Assembly: GCA_000708835.1 (NCBI GenBank)
Contig: DF236956.1
Location: forward strand, 372,001 to 436,000
Length of the DNA: 64,000 bases
Source: Klebsormidium nitens
Lineage: Eukaryota; Plantae; Klebsormidiophyceae
Direction of reading: 5' to 3'
The number at the start of each line of letters is the position of its first letter. Position 1 is the stretch's first letter. The notes beneath the pieces are model-generated. The model worked only from the letters and a program-made list of their open reading frames with translations. It made no database searches and was not told where the DNA came from. The position numbers and the translations under genes were made by a program. Positions 50,201 to 61,700 of the stretch are shown here, piece after piece.

Positions 50201-53200
50201 ATAAGGTTTCATCAATTGTCTTTCGCACATCACAAAGGGATCCCAAATCCGCAACCGATCGCATTTTTCACCTCAGACCGCAGCCGCTCGCTCGTGTGCT
50301 CCTCCTCAAACTCCTCCAGCAGCGCCCCGAACGTCTCCCACGGTTCGTCCCCCCGGGCGCCCTCTTTTGCCGCCGCCTCTAGTTTCCACACCTTCAGCTT
50401 CAGCTCCTCTTCCACTCGCTGGCGCGCCAACTCTGCTTGAGTAGCGTCCCGGGCCAACTTCCGCAGCTGACGTAAGAGGGCAGCCTCCCGCCCGGTAGAC
50501 GTGACCGGGGCTGTGGCCGGCTCCTGGAAGAAACAATGACGTCAGCTCATCGTCACAGCTTCAGCTTCTCTTGGTGCGCAGCCCCGCCTGGGTCACGTTT
50601 CGGGCCATCTTGCGCAGCTGATGTACGAGGGCGGCCTCCCGCCCGGTAGAAGCGACCGGGGTACCGGGCCCCTGGAAAACGAATAAGGTCAGCCATTATC
50701 GCGTCTGCACGTTGCGTACCCCTCGCTCAGTAAGCGGTCTGCACTTTGCCATCCACAATGTCGCTTCATATGCGGAAGATATATTTTGAGCTCCCCATGA
50801 ATCTCCACAAATGAAGGATTATAGCACCATGTAGACCCGAGACCTCGCACCTCGCAACAAACTCAACAAAGAAGATGGCCCGTATTCCTGAAGCCGCGCA
50901 TGTGATTTTGAAAACCAGATTAGATCTCCCCAGTTGTAAGCCTCATCTCCGGTCAGGTCGATGGTGCACACTTTTGCTCCAACTAAATCCACTTTCAGAT
51001 CCACAGCATCAATCTCCCGTTGTCGCGGAGTGAGCTTTCACTTGCTCCGAGGACGAAGAACCAGGCCCTAGAAAGGTGTCTCCCCACCTGAGCTTCATAA
51101 CCCTTCCTGACAAAACTGCAACCCACCTCGCCCAATAGAAGCCGCGTGCAGTCGAGTTTGGCACGCACTTCTTGAGCGGCCGGTGGGCACACGAATCTCC
51201 GGTTTCTTTCAAACTAAAAGTTCACCGATACCAACAGGACGCACCGGTACCAACAGGACTCACGAATCAAGACCCGGCTGTAAAGGAGTTAACAACAAAT
51301 GAAAGGCCAGTAAAACCAAATGCACCTCTTCCGACAAGAGCCCCGCGCAGTCGACATCGGCACGCGCCTCCTGCGCGAGCGCCCGGTGGAGTTCCCCGAC
51401 CTGTTCCTGCTGACGCACCAGCTCCGCCTCCAGGCCCGCGCACCGCGCCTCCAGAGCGGCGATCTGGTCCTCCTGGACCGCGCGCGCGCACGCGCTCGCG
51501 AGCAGCTGCTGCCGCAGCTTGCTCGTCTCTTCGACGGTCGCCTGCGGGTAGGAAAAGGCAGAAATGATGTCAGCATTGACTATGCGTGTTTTGAGAGCTC
51601 TTGTTCCTGGACCGCGCGCGCGGACGCGCTCGCGAGCAGCTGCTGGTGCAGCTGGTTTGTCTCTTGGACGGTCGCCTGCGCGGAGATCGGAGAGATTTGC
51701 GTCAGGATGCTTCAGAGATATTCGCGAGGGCTGCTGCTCCTGAATTGCGTGCGCGCGCACACGCTCGCGAGCAGCTGCTGCCGCAGCTTGCTCGTCTCTT
51801 CGACGGTCGCCTGCGGGCGGTGATCGTAAACCAGCGTCGAAATTGGTCAAGGATGGCTATGGTCACTCGGCTATGGGCTGCAGCATATGCTGCTCAAGTG
51901 CCCCGGCTGCAACATGGAATTGAGGGGCGGGGTTTTGCAGAGCGTCCTTCGACGCGCGCGCTGGCATGGCTCTTCTGTACCGCCTATTGCGGCCTTCTCG
52001 TCTCCAAGAGTTCGTGGACTGCTCTCATACTCACGCCCTCCTTACATGTCGGGAACGGCATTGCGTGCAACAGCTCGACTTTACTATTTTGTGCTGACAT
52101 TGTCCAGCGTACCTGAGCTGGCCTCGCCCCGAGAGCCACGTGAACTGCTCCCTCTTATCAAAACGCCGGAAGGAAAAGGATATGGAAAAACTCGAATTTC
52201 TCGTGCCCCAAGTCATCTAACATACTGCGCCTCGGCGCGCATCCCTTTCTAAATCTCGTTCAGAAGGATGCATCATAAATCCAGAATCTCCTCTCCGTGC
52301 TGACGTTATCAAACGTACCTGCGCGTCATCCCCGCGCGCCGCTCTCTGCGCCTCGGCGCGCAGCCCGTCCGCCACCTTCCGCAGCTCCAGGACGAACCGC
52401 TGCTGGTCCCGGCCCCGTTCCGCGGCAAGCTTCAGCCGCTCGATGGCGAACTCGCCCCGCAGCGCCTCCGCTTGAGCCTTCAGTTCGGCGTCGTGAGCGG
52501 CAGCAGCCTCCTTGCACTCCTGCAGCGATCGGTTCTACTTAGGAAAACCTCTCTTGACGAAGTTTAGGGGTTCCAGTTCCGACAGCGAGTTTCAGCCATT
52601 TGGGCGACGAGCTTGCCCTGTAGCGCCTCCGCTTGAGCCTGCAGCTCGGCATGGTGACAAGCAGCAGCCTCCTTGCACTCCTGCGGAGAAGATTGCAGTT
52701 AGAGATAACTCTCTTAACGAAGATAAGGAGTTGCCTCTCCCCGAGAAAAAGTATTACAAAGCGCGATAAAGTGGTCCTTGAAATATTATCGCCGGCTTTC
52801 AACTCAATCGCAAACTCGCCCCGCAGCGCCTCCGCTTGCGCCTGCAGCTCGGCGTGGTGACAGGTTGCAGCCTCCCTGCACTCCTGCGGAGATCGATTGC
52901 GCTTGGGCTTTAGACAAAGCCGAGGGGCATGGAACGTTTCGGACGTGGAAGACCTTCCAATCCGCTTTCGAGAAGACGATGTCCCTGTAAGCTGCTCTCG
53001 ACGGCATTTGTTTGCCTGGCAGCAACTTGTCTAAAAGACGCGCAATGTTCTGAAGTAGTTGAGGTCAAGAGAATCCATAATCAGAGACGGCTTCCTCCGT
53101 TGCCGGAATTGACTAGCCTCTCGAACGTCAAACGTCCCGGTAAAAAGCGAACTCCCAAACGGAAGTCGGAAACAGCTCGAGACAGTACGTTGCTATCGAG

Positions 53201-54825
53201 TCGAGGAAACCCTCCAGATGAAAGAGGTCGGAACCGAAGCTCCACCGGTCAAAGTGGAACCTCGAAGAAGTAGGGCCAAGCCTATGGTAACATCCTCATA
53301 CCTGCTTGCAAAGTCGCATCTCAACTCAACAGATGCTGTAACAGATCAAGGGGCTCGAAAGCCCAAAAGGTTTCGCACCTGCTCGTATCTCGTCATAAGG
53401 AAGTGCCTCTCTTGCACGCTGGCCTCCATCTGCCTCCGTAAACTATCGTTCTCGAAACGGAGATTTGCCAGTAGCAGCTCCCCCTTCGCTTTCATCCCAG
53501 CCGTCCGCCACTCCACAGGGGCCAATCCTGGCCCTCCATTTTCAGCCCTCTCGTTCCCTGGGCCCATAAACGAGCCGCGCTTCTTATCTCTGTTCATCGA
53601 CTCCCCAATGTCGGCACCTCCCCCAGAGGCCAGAGCTTCCGCACTGTTCTGATTCTGCCTGGTGAACGCCTTTCTAGACACCTCGACCAGCACGCCGTCC
53701 CCCCCACCAGACTGTTGCGCATCACCCCCCTCTTGCGAGGCTTCCTCTACCCCCCGGGGAGCCCTGTTTTCTTTCAGCGACCCATGCCTGTTTAGGGCCG
53801 CAATCGAGGCTCGGGACTGGAGGAAGTCGGCCAGCTGTTGGTCGATCGGGTAGGCAAAGTCGCAGGAGAAGGAGCGGTTCTCTGTCAGCTGCTGCAGGAA
53901 GAAGCACAGCACCAGGATCGCGAAGCAAGGCTTGAAGGAAGAGCGCTGGATGCCGGCGGGGTCAAAGACCTGCAAGGAGGGTGGGTATGTTGAGCAAGAC
54001 TAGCCCCTCTTGGGCCTGTTATGAGGTTTCTGAAAACAAAACGGGGGGTGTTACAGAAACGGGGGGTGTTACAGAAATTACCAGCTACCAAGCAGAAGAT
54101 TGCACTCAGAACAGGTGAGCCGTCTCTTTGTTCAAGATCTACCCAAATAAGTGCATGGCTAGCTCATGATCAGCCAATCAGGAGGGATGTCAAGGAGCTC
54201 AACAAGATAGTTTTGGACTTGGCAGCATTGTTGACTGTTCCCTTCATGAGCGTCAACCTTGAGCGTGATGTGGGGCCTTCACACTGGGGGCATTCCTGCT
54301 CACAAGCAGATGATATAATGGGGCGCATGACCAATTGCCCCCCAGTCATTCCTAAACGACGCCTGCTACTTTTACCATCCACACGAAATTGATACAGAGT
54401 GTTCCTTTGATAACCCTCCCACTCAGAACTTGGCAGCTCCAAGGCGCCTGTTCAGAGCTGGCGTTTGTCAGCTGCCTCCGAGGGGCCAGGCAGATGAACC
54501 AGCCATTACTCAGCACATTACCATCTTGCTTTGAGCTCGAAATTGCATTCGTTTGAGATGGTAAAGCTTCTCCTGCATGACTTACATGTGAAGGGAGGTG
54601 TAGCTCCACGAAGAGGCTCCGCAGAGACTCCCAGTTCCTTTTCACATCCCACAGGTGAGCTTTGAGCCGGTCCTCCTTGCCCCTGAACACCTGGGGCCAT
54701 ATCTTGGCAAAGACCCTCAGCAGCACGGAGCCGTCGTGCAGGTCTTCGAGCCGCTGACACGCCTTTCCAGACGTCACGGACGCCCATTGAAGGAGCTCCT
54801 TTTTTCCAATCACAGGGCGCCCCAT
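44201..54825 (-). CDS. Large protein with an N-terminal calponin-homology-like domain, long coiled coil and acidic disordered C-terminus, 10 exons, ~1456 aa
   Basis: Exons 54825-54586, 53969-53379, 52519-52319, 51541-51326, 50523-50272, 49748-49221, 48500-48354, 47593-47195, 46704-46540 and 45832-44201. Every exon length is a multiple of 3 with GT-AG introns. The N-terminus IGKKELLQW..LEDLHDGSVL..NWESLRSLF resembles EB1-type CH domains. Middle exons are E/R/A/L heptad-rich. Confidence 0.8.
45940..52895 (-). repeat. About 12 intronic junction echoes in the coiled-coil gene
   Basis: Acceptor-side copies at ~45945-46015, 46110-46180, 48610-48670, 48780-48845, 50595-50680, 51600-51680, 51735-51820, 52610-52690 and 52805-52895. 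Donor-side copies at ~46495-46515 (weak), 47075-47115 and 48195-48235. Confidence 0.88.
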
Positions 54826-55213
54826 CTTATTCGGGGTGGTTCAGGTCATTTGTGTTCGTACAGTTCCGCAATTGCATGGTAGAGGCTTGTGTTCATCCTT
54901 TTGAAGTTCGACTTATCATGGCTTGGCAAGATAAGCGTAGCTGAGGAAGTTGTACAAAGCATCAAAGCAAGGCAGCGCCGCAATGCGGTAGTCTGAGCTG
55001 AGGAACAAGCTCCTGATGTCACTCTGGCGACCCTGAGAATGATGCAATCCCTTACAAAGGGACGCCCTTCCATCAAGAAGACTCTATTCCAACACAATTG
55101 TAAGATGTTTAGACACATCGAGTCGTTCTTAAGGAGACAAAAACTAAAAGTGAGCTGAGGACCATAGTAATTTGTAATACTAATTCATTATACATACTAA
55201 AATAGAAGCTTAG

Positions 55214-55402
55214 CTCGAAACCCTAAATTTTCCTGCCTCAGGTACGTACCATTGGCGACGGTTCCTCTTTCTGCTGGTACCAGGTACGTTGGGTTAGGCC
55301 TCTAACTGGCCAGTGACCGTAGGGGGGTTTCAAGTTGAAAATGGAGCGTCCGTCACAATCGTCGGCCATTTTGAGGCGTCCGATGGCATCTCGCGAGGGT
55401 TT
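55214..55402 (+). repeat. Dispersed ~180-bp repeat, copy 2
   Basis: Homologous to 42868-43050, including the 22-nt exact match ggtacgtaccattggcgacggt. Confidence 0.8.
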
Positions 55403-56067
55403 GGGTTTTGGCAGGGGTTCGGTGAAAGTTTCAAAATTTTGAGCGCAGTTTCAATTGAGCTCATTTGGGCCTGCAACAGTTTGCAATGCAAGAGCTGAAG
55501 ACTGAAGTGTCAGGGAGTCCTGCCAAGTCCTGCAAAAGAAGGTGCGCCTCAGCACATGCAGACGGACCTCCGAACGACCACCTGTGCTCATGGCACATTG
55601 ACGCCATCTACTGACTTCAGCAGCTTTGCTGGTGTCTTTTTGGATTTGACGTAAGTTTTGCGCTGCAAAACCATTAGCACAACGGTGTGCGAAGAGGGCC
55701 CCGGAGGCCCCCAGTCAGGAAATCGTGGATTTGGGATGCACATGGTGGTCCAGTCCTGCTCAGGTTGAGGACGTCTTCCGTGCCGCGCCATGGCTGAAAG
55801 TGGCTTCTGGACTTGAGGCGACAGGCTAGGAGGAGAGAGTCAAACGGACAAATGCGACTAAGAGTTTGAGGATCCAGAAGAATGTGCAATGGTGACGGGC
55901 CATAAAAGAAGCTAGTGAAGACAGTGTGTTTATTGTTAGCTTTTGCAAGATCAGCCAAGGAGGTGGCGTATAGTCAGGAGCTCCTCAAATAGTAGAGCCA
56001 GGGTTGTCAGAGCAGAAAAGAATCTCTGGATCACGAGAAGGAACAAGTTGCTGGAGCTGGCATCATC

Positions 56068-57851
56068 ATGTCTACCAGCGGGAGGGGCATTGTTGAGAGC
56101 CATGGAAAGGACGAAACTGAACAAAGTACAGGTGAGTTACATCTTCACAAGTGCTTGCCCAGTGCTGGAGGGTAAATCTGCCACCATTCCTCTCAAATGT
56201 TCTTCTTTGACGGCGATGGCAGAAGTTTCCTCGCGGCTTGTAGAATCTGCCTTTCGAAGCTGCAGAGAATAATGTTTGATGTTTGAGGACACCCTGCAAT
56301 GTGTATTTGTTGTTGCGGACCAAAAAGTTGCTTTATGGAAGAAGAATTGCTCAGACTCGAAGGTAAGTCACCTCAAAAGCTCACTTGACCTGTCTCTTCA
56401 TTGATGCAGTAAGATCCTGCAAAGCCATGCCAGCACCTGCACCAGGGCACAGTCAAATCAACAAGTCTCCGCACATCTTCCCATTGCAGGAACAGCAATG
56501 CAACAAGAGGCTCCTGATGCTGAAGCCCCAGCGCCGGAGATAACACCCATGGATCTGGACCTGGCACCTGTGCCCTTCCACACCGACACGAAGGATGCGG
56601 GTTTAAACAATGAGTCAATGAGCAGAGATGCAGACCGAACTGGTGCGGCACTGTCGCAAGAGCTGGAGATGCTTGGAACTGTGCAGGTCCCGTCTATAGG
56701 TAAGTGGTGCTTTCAAATGTTGGGGTGACCCCATTTCTGGTGCTTGTCAAGTTCTGGGCATGATATTACTTCCGTTCATGGGTTGTTTGGGCGGCAAGCC
56801 TTAACGTGCTTGTAACCCCGGTGAAAGGGAGACTAAGCTTCAGTGGGGGTGGGGCTAGTGCTTCTGCATCAAGGCGCCCTTATGTGTGCTTGATCCGTTA
56901 ACAAACAGATATTTTTGAATCCAAAGAGCTTGATTATCAAACCATGTGATTGTGTGGTAATCAAGATCTTGTGACGTCTAAATACATTCATTCCTCACAA
57001 GAGTAGGAGACAAGGACCATGAGATAAGTAGGAAGCAGACAGAAGAAGAATCAAAAGGTTAACGACAGGGCGAACATGGTCAAATGGACTTTTTGTATGC
57101 ATATGACAAACTCATGCATCGGCGATGATCTCTGCTGCAGTTCGTCGAATTGCTGTCCGGTCTGTCCTGTGGGAAGACATTGTTGTGGAGATCCCAAGCA
57201 CAGCCACCATGGCTGACTTCAGGGTAAGCAAGAAGATTTGAGCTTCCTCGTTGCACAGACTAGCTTGGTTGAAGATGTGTCGCCTATTGTACTGTGGTTT
57301 GACTCTCCGTTTGGGAAGGGAAATGTGTATGTCGCTTTGTCAAGGGCTTTTGCGCCGCCGTGGCCTTTGATTTCATTCGTCGTGCTTTCGCTTCTTCAGG
57401 CGCTGTCCCCTACCCTAGAAATCGCGCTTGTATGTTGCATATTTATTGTGTCCCTGCCTGCTTAGCCCCCCCCTTTCGGTCGCCAAGGATTTGAACAGCA
57501 TAGTACTACTGATTATTGCACAAATGAGAGTCACCAAGAGCTGGTAATCACAAGTTTCAACACCTTAACCCCCTGAATCTGTGATTCAAATATGATCACA
57601 ATTTGCAGTCAACAATTTGCAGTCGGTTACATCAATAACCTGTGGTCGCGCAGAGAGCCATTGAGGTCCAGAGCGGGGGGAGGCTCCGGGAGGACATGTT
57701 GCCTGAACTAGTGTATGACGGGATTCTTCTCCCCACCGACAATACGAGCATCGAAGAGGCGGGGCTTACGGCCGAGAGTGCGGTGGTCGGCTTTCTGGCA
57801 ATGAATGTGTCAGCACTGACAGGCTCTGCCGGCTTGGAGTTGGAACAGTAA
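56068..57851 (+). CDS. Small protein with an acidic N-terminus and C-terminal ubiquitin-like domain, 4 exons, ~184 aa
   Basis: Exons 56068-56131, 56490-56699, 57141-57223 and 57654-57851 join in frame (555 nt). VRRIAVRSVLWEDIVVEIPSTATMADFRRAIE...LVYDGILL..DNTSIEEAGLTAESAVVGFL follows the beta-grasp ubiquitin pattern. Confidence 0.65.
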
Positions 57852-58709
57852 GTTGATTCCCAAAAAGTGAACTCAAACCTGCGTCCAAGGTGTGGTAGTT
57901 GAAAAGTTTTGCGATGTGACGGTGTGTGAAGTTCTGGAGCGACTTGCAAGATCCCAATAATCGTGCTGTGGGAATAGATGCTCTGATGAATCCCTATAAT
58001 GGGCAGTCTTCATGCAAGAATAATACTCTTTAACGTCAAGGTTGATTTTTAAGAAGAGGGCAGGCAACTGCTTGAAGCCTTTTCTCTGGATCAATATCCA
58101 GGCAATTAGTGCTGACTCCTCAAATAAGGTTTGGGATGGGAGAATCGTTTTCTTTACCTGAATCGGCTCCTGACCATTGCACTGCTGTGCAGGGTGAAGG
58201 AGAAAAAGGGTAAAGACCGTCGGATAAAGATCTATGTCCCTAGTGCGCCGCGTCTGCCAACCAATGCTCCAGGTAAGACCGCGTACTATCATCCTTTGCT
58301 TTCAGGATAGTGGCCCGGTTCGCCTATGCATGTTTGACATCCCTTCTTACGCACGACAAGTTTGGCATGGGCTTTTCATGGGGAAAGCTGACGAGGCCAG
58401 TATGGCTTCGCCTTGGAGGGCTTGGCTGCCGTTGCCATGACGCAGAACTTTTCAACCCTACAGGATCCGTACAATTCGTCTTGGGGACCTTTGCGGGTCT
58501 GATCATGGAGCCTTTTTTTCGGGTTTGCGCATGCAGACTATCTCGATCCGGTTTTCTGGGGGAACCAATCTTGCGCATGAAAAGAATGGGTCGTAGACTA
58601 CTTTGAAGAATGCAAAGTATCATGTGGAGATTACTTGGACACGTGCATAAAGAATGTGGTAAACTGTGACGTAACTGTCTCCTTTAACACCTTGTCTTTC
58701 TCTCTGCAG

Positions 58710-61700
58710 CTTTGGAGGACACCACGCCCCCTCACAGCACGCCCACGGCTCTTCCAGCCGAACCTTTGCCATCGGCGCAATTCCAGGGCTTTCCTCCGCC
58801 GCCAGTGCCTCAATCCATCCCAGTCCCCTCCAGCGACCTTCCCACCCTCCCCAACCGAGTCGAACAACACCCTCCGGTCCCTTCTGAAGCACAAACCCCT
58901 CCGCTCGTCCAAGATCAGCCTGCTCCAGTCGTCCGTTCCAGCGCACTTCCCGCTGGTCCTCCTGCGCTTCATCATACCTCTGCAAACGTCCCTGACGTCA
59001 GCCAAGGTCACCAAGCACCCCTTGCCGACGTCCCGGAAACGGCAGCATATTCCGATGCCTCTCAACCCCTTTCCGAACCCCATGCCGAGGCCCCTCAACC
59101 TTTCCCAGCCCCTTCGGAAGGCCAAATACCCTCGTTGTCTTCCGAGCCGCCAAACCCCCCAGAAACGTCCACTACTGTTGCTTCCAAAGAATTGGCGCCA
59201 CCGGAGGAAATCACACCGTCCGAAGCGGAGGAAGCGACCCCATCCAGCGTAGTTGGGCCGTCCAACATCGCCCTGGAAATGGTGGACGCGAGCAGCCAGA
59301 TCGAGCCCGGGGAACTCCACTTCCCGCTTCTAGTTTTGGCTGCGGTACCCCCCCACCTTCTCCAGTACAGCATGGGGGGGGATCCCAACCCCCCTCCCGA
59401 GATTGCGGCCCCCGAAAACGCCCATCCTCCGGAAACAATGGAGCCGCCAGCGAGCGTTGCACCAGTCGCAGAAATGGTGGTCGAAGAGGCGCCGAGCGCT
59501 GGGGGCGGCATGGAAGTTGCGCTGGTTCCGGTGCCCTACCTTGTGAGCAATTCTCCAACTCTGGATCGATTCTCAGCCCGTCAAAGTTTTCCTGCTTTGT
59601 TCTCGTTATCTGCACCAACGACCTCCGCTAATATCTGCGCCAAAATACTGCTACCGTCCACCCAGACATTGTCGGCCCGGCCAAGCCAATGTGCATGCTT
59701 TCTTTTGTTACAAAAGCATATTGACAGCTCTTGATTTCAAGGTTCTAAACCCGATTGAACCAAGCAACGAAATTGCGGCATTCTAACCCACGAGTGCCTG
59801 GATACGGAAACCAAAGTGTCAAAACGGCAAATCAATTGTGCGTCCCGCAGCCCCCGCCGCCTGTCGTCTACGGACCCGGGGGCCGGGAGATGGTTCCAGT
59901 CGACACATCCCGGCGACGGAAACAGAAGAGGCGGCTGTCGGAAACAGAGGAAGAGCGGGAGGTGCGCCTGCGGCGGGCCCGGAAGCTGTTCACAGTGGGC
60001 GAGGTGGAGGCGCTCGTGACGGCCGTTGAGAGACTGGGGCCCGGAAGGTGAATACACGCGCTTGGAAAAGTTGCAAGAGAAGCGGAGTCGTGTTCTGCAT
60101 GGCCGAGCCAGAAAGATGGCGATGGTAGTATGGCGTTTGCTTGCTTTGCTGTGATGCTTTAGAAGAGGTGCTTCTATTCGTGGAGACAGTGTGGGGAGGC
60201 GGCGCAGATCGGCCGTCATTCGACGTTTGCATCGCTCATCGAAGAATTTGTCAAACCGCCCCAGATAGTAAATCTTTGCGAACATGTTGCGGGCACTGAT
60301 ATTTTGAGACGGAGGCCTCTGTTTATCGCAATCACCATATAGAAGAAGCTGAGAACAACTTGCAATTGCGCAGGTGGCGTGAGGTGAAAGAGCGGGTCTT
60401 CAGCCACGCAGATCACCGAACTTACGGGGACTTGAAGGTGAGGATATATGCTCTTTGTCGTAGACAGGGTTCTTGTTCAGGAACCTTTCTGTAAAAAGGC
60501 GCAGAGCAAGAGGATTGCCAAGAACTCAGTCTTGACACGTAGACAACATGTCGCACTTGGTCTCGTGTATCAGTCAGGATATAAGAATGACATGAAATTC
60601 TGGAAGATACGAGCAGATCGATGACATGACCGACTGAAAGGCATTCTGGAATCAGGGATTGAGGAGCAGTTGTCGTATTGTACATTGTGGAAACAACGGA
60701 ATGTGCTTGCTTTTGCAGGACAAGTGGAAGACGCTGGTGAAGACGGCCCAGATTACAGTCCCAACAGCATCCCATGTTTACAAACCCAACTATTGAATGC
60801 TGAAATATGTACTTTGATTTCAGGACAGGAAGAAGACGGCCCAGATCGGCCCCCAGCAAAAACATGGAAACATTCTAAAAACTCCATGGTTAGTCACAAT
60901 ATTAGTCGTCTTCTGTAATAATCTTTTCCCCGTGGTTCCAGGACAAGTGGAAGACGCTGGTGAAGACGGCCCAGATCGCGCCCCAGCAGCGGCGGGGCGT
61001 GGAGATCCCGGAGGAGCTGCTGGAGCGCGTCACGCGCGCGCACGCGTTCTGGACCGCGCAGGCCGCCAAGGACGAGCGCCTCACGGACGCCGATGCGCCG
61101 CCACGTGTCCACTATGTGCGGATGCCGCAGCCAATTAGGAGACCCGTGAGCAGCGTACTTCTGCCTGTGATACAACATGCGTTGGACTTTATAATCTTGT
61201 TTCTGGCTCGGTTCTGGCCGTTTGTCTATCTCCTTCCTCTAGCGTTTCTTCTAACTTTTTAGGGCCTCTGTCTGTCCGTTCTCACCGCTTCCTCACAGTC
61301 CAGGGCACTTAGCAAAGGGTTGACTTAACGAAGGGTTGCGTGTTGAGGGTATGCTCCTGCTTCTCCATTTTTTGAGTTGTCCGTCTCTTTTCTTTTCAGG
61401 CGTTCCTCTGATTATTTTTCTACCTTTCTATCACGTGCACTACATGTGGGGGGCAGAAAATTTCTTTCGGTATCTCGTCCTTTTCTCGTCGTGTGTCTCG
61501 AGGCAGTCGGGAAGCGCCAGCAATGATGATTTGTTGCCCTTAGTATCACCCAATCTGAATCTCTGTCTTTGTTCGTATTCCCCCCTCCATCTGCGCAGAC
61601 AAGGCCATAAGACCCTTTAATCGGCGCCTCGTGTTTCCCGTCTTGATTTGTAAGGGTCTGCGTCGACTGGGATGGGTGAGCGGTCAACTCCGGTGCTCCG

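Noticed and set aside
54037-54077. Tandem 20-bp GAAACGGGGGGTGTTACA, resembling a Gypsy LTR 3' end
   Set aside because: No partner LTR, PBS or internal domain. It is treated as a small tandem duplication.
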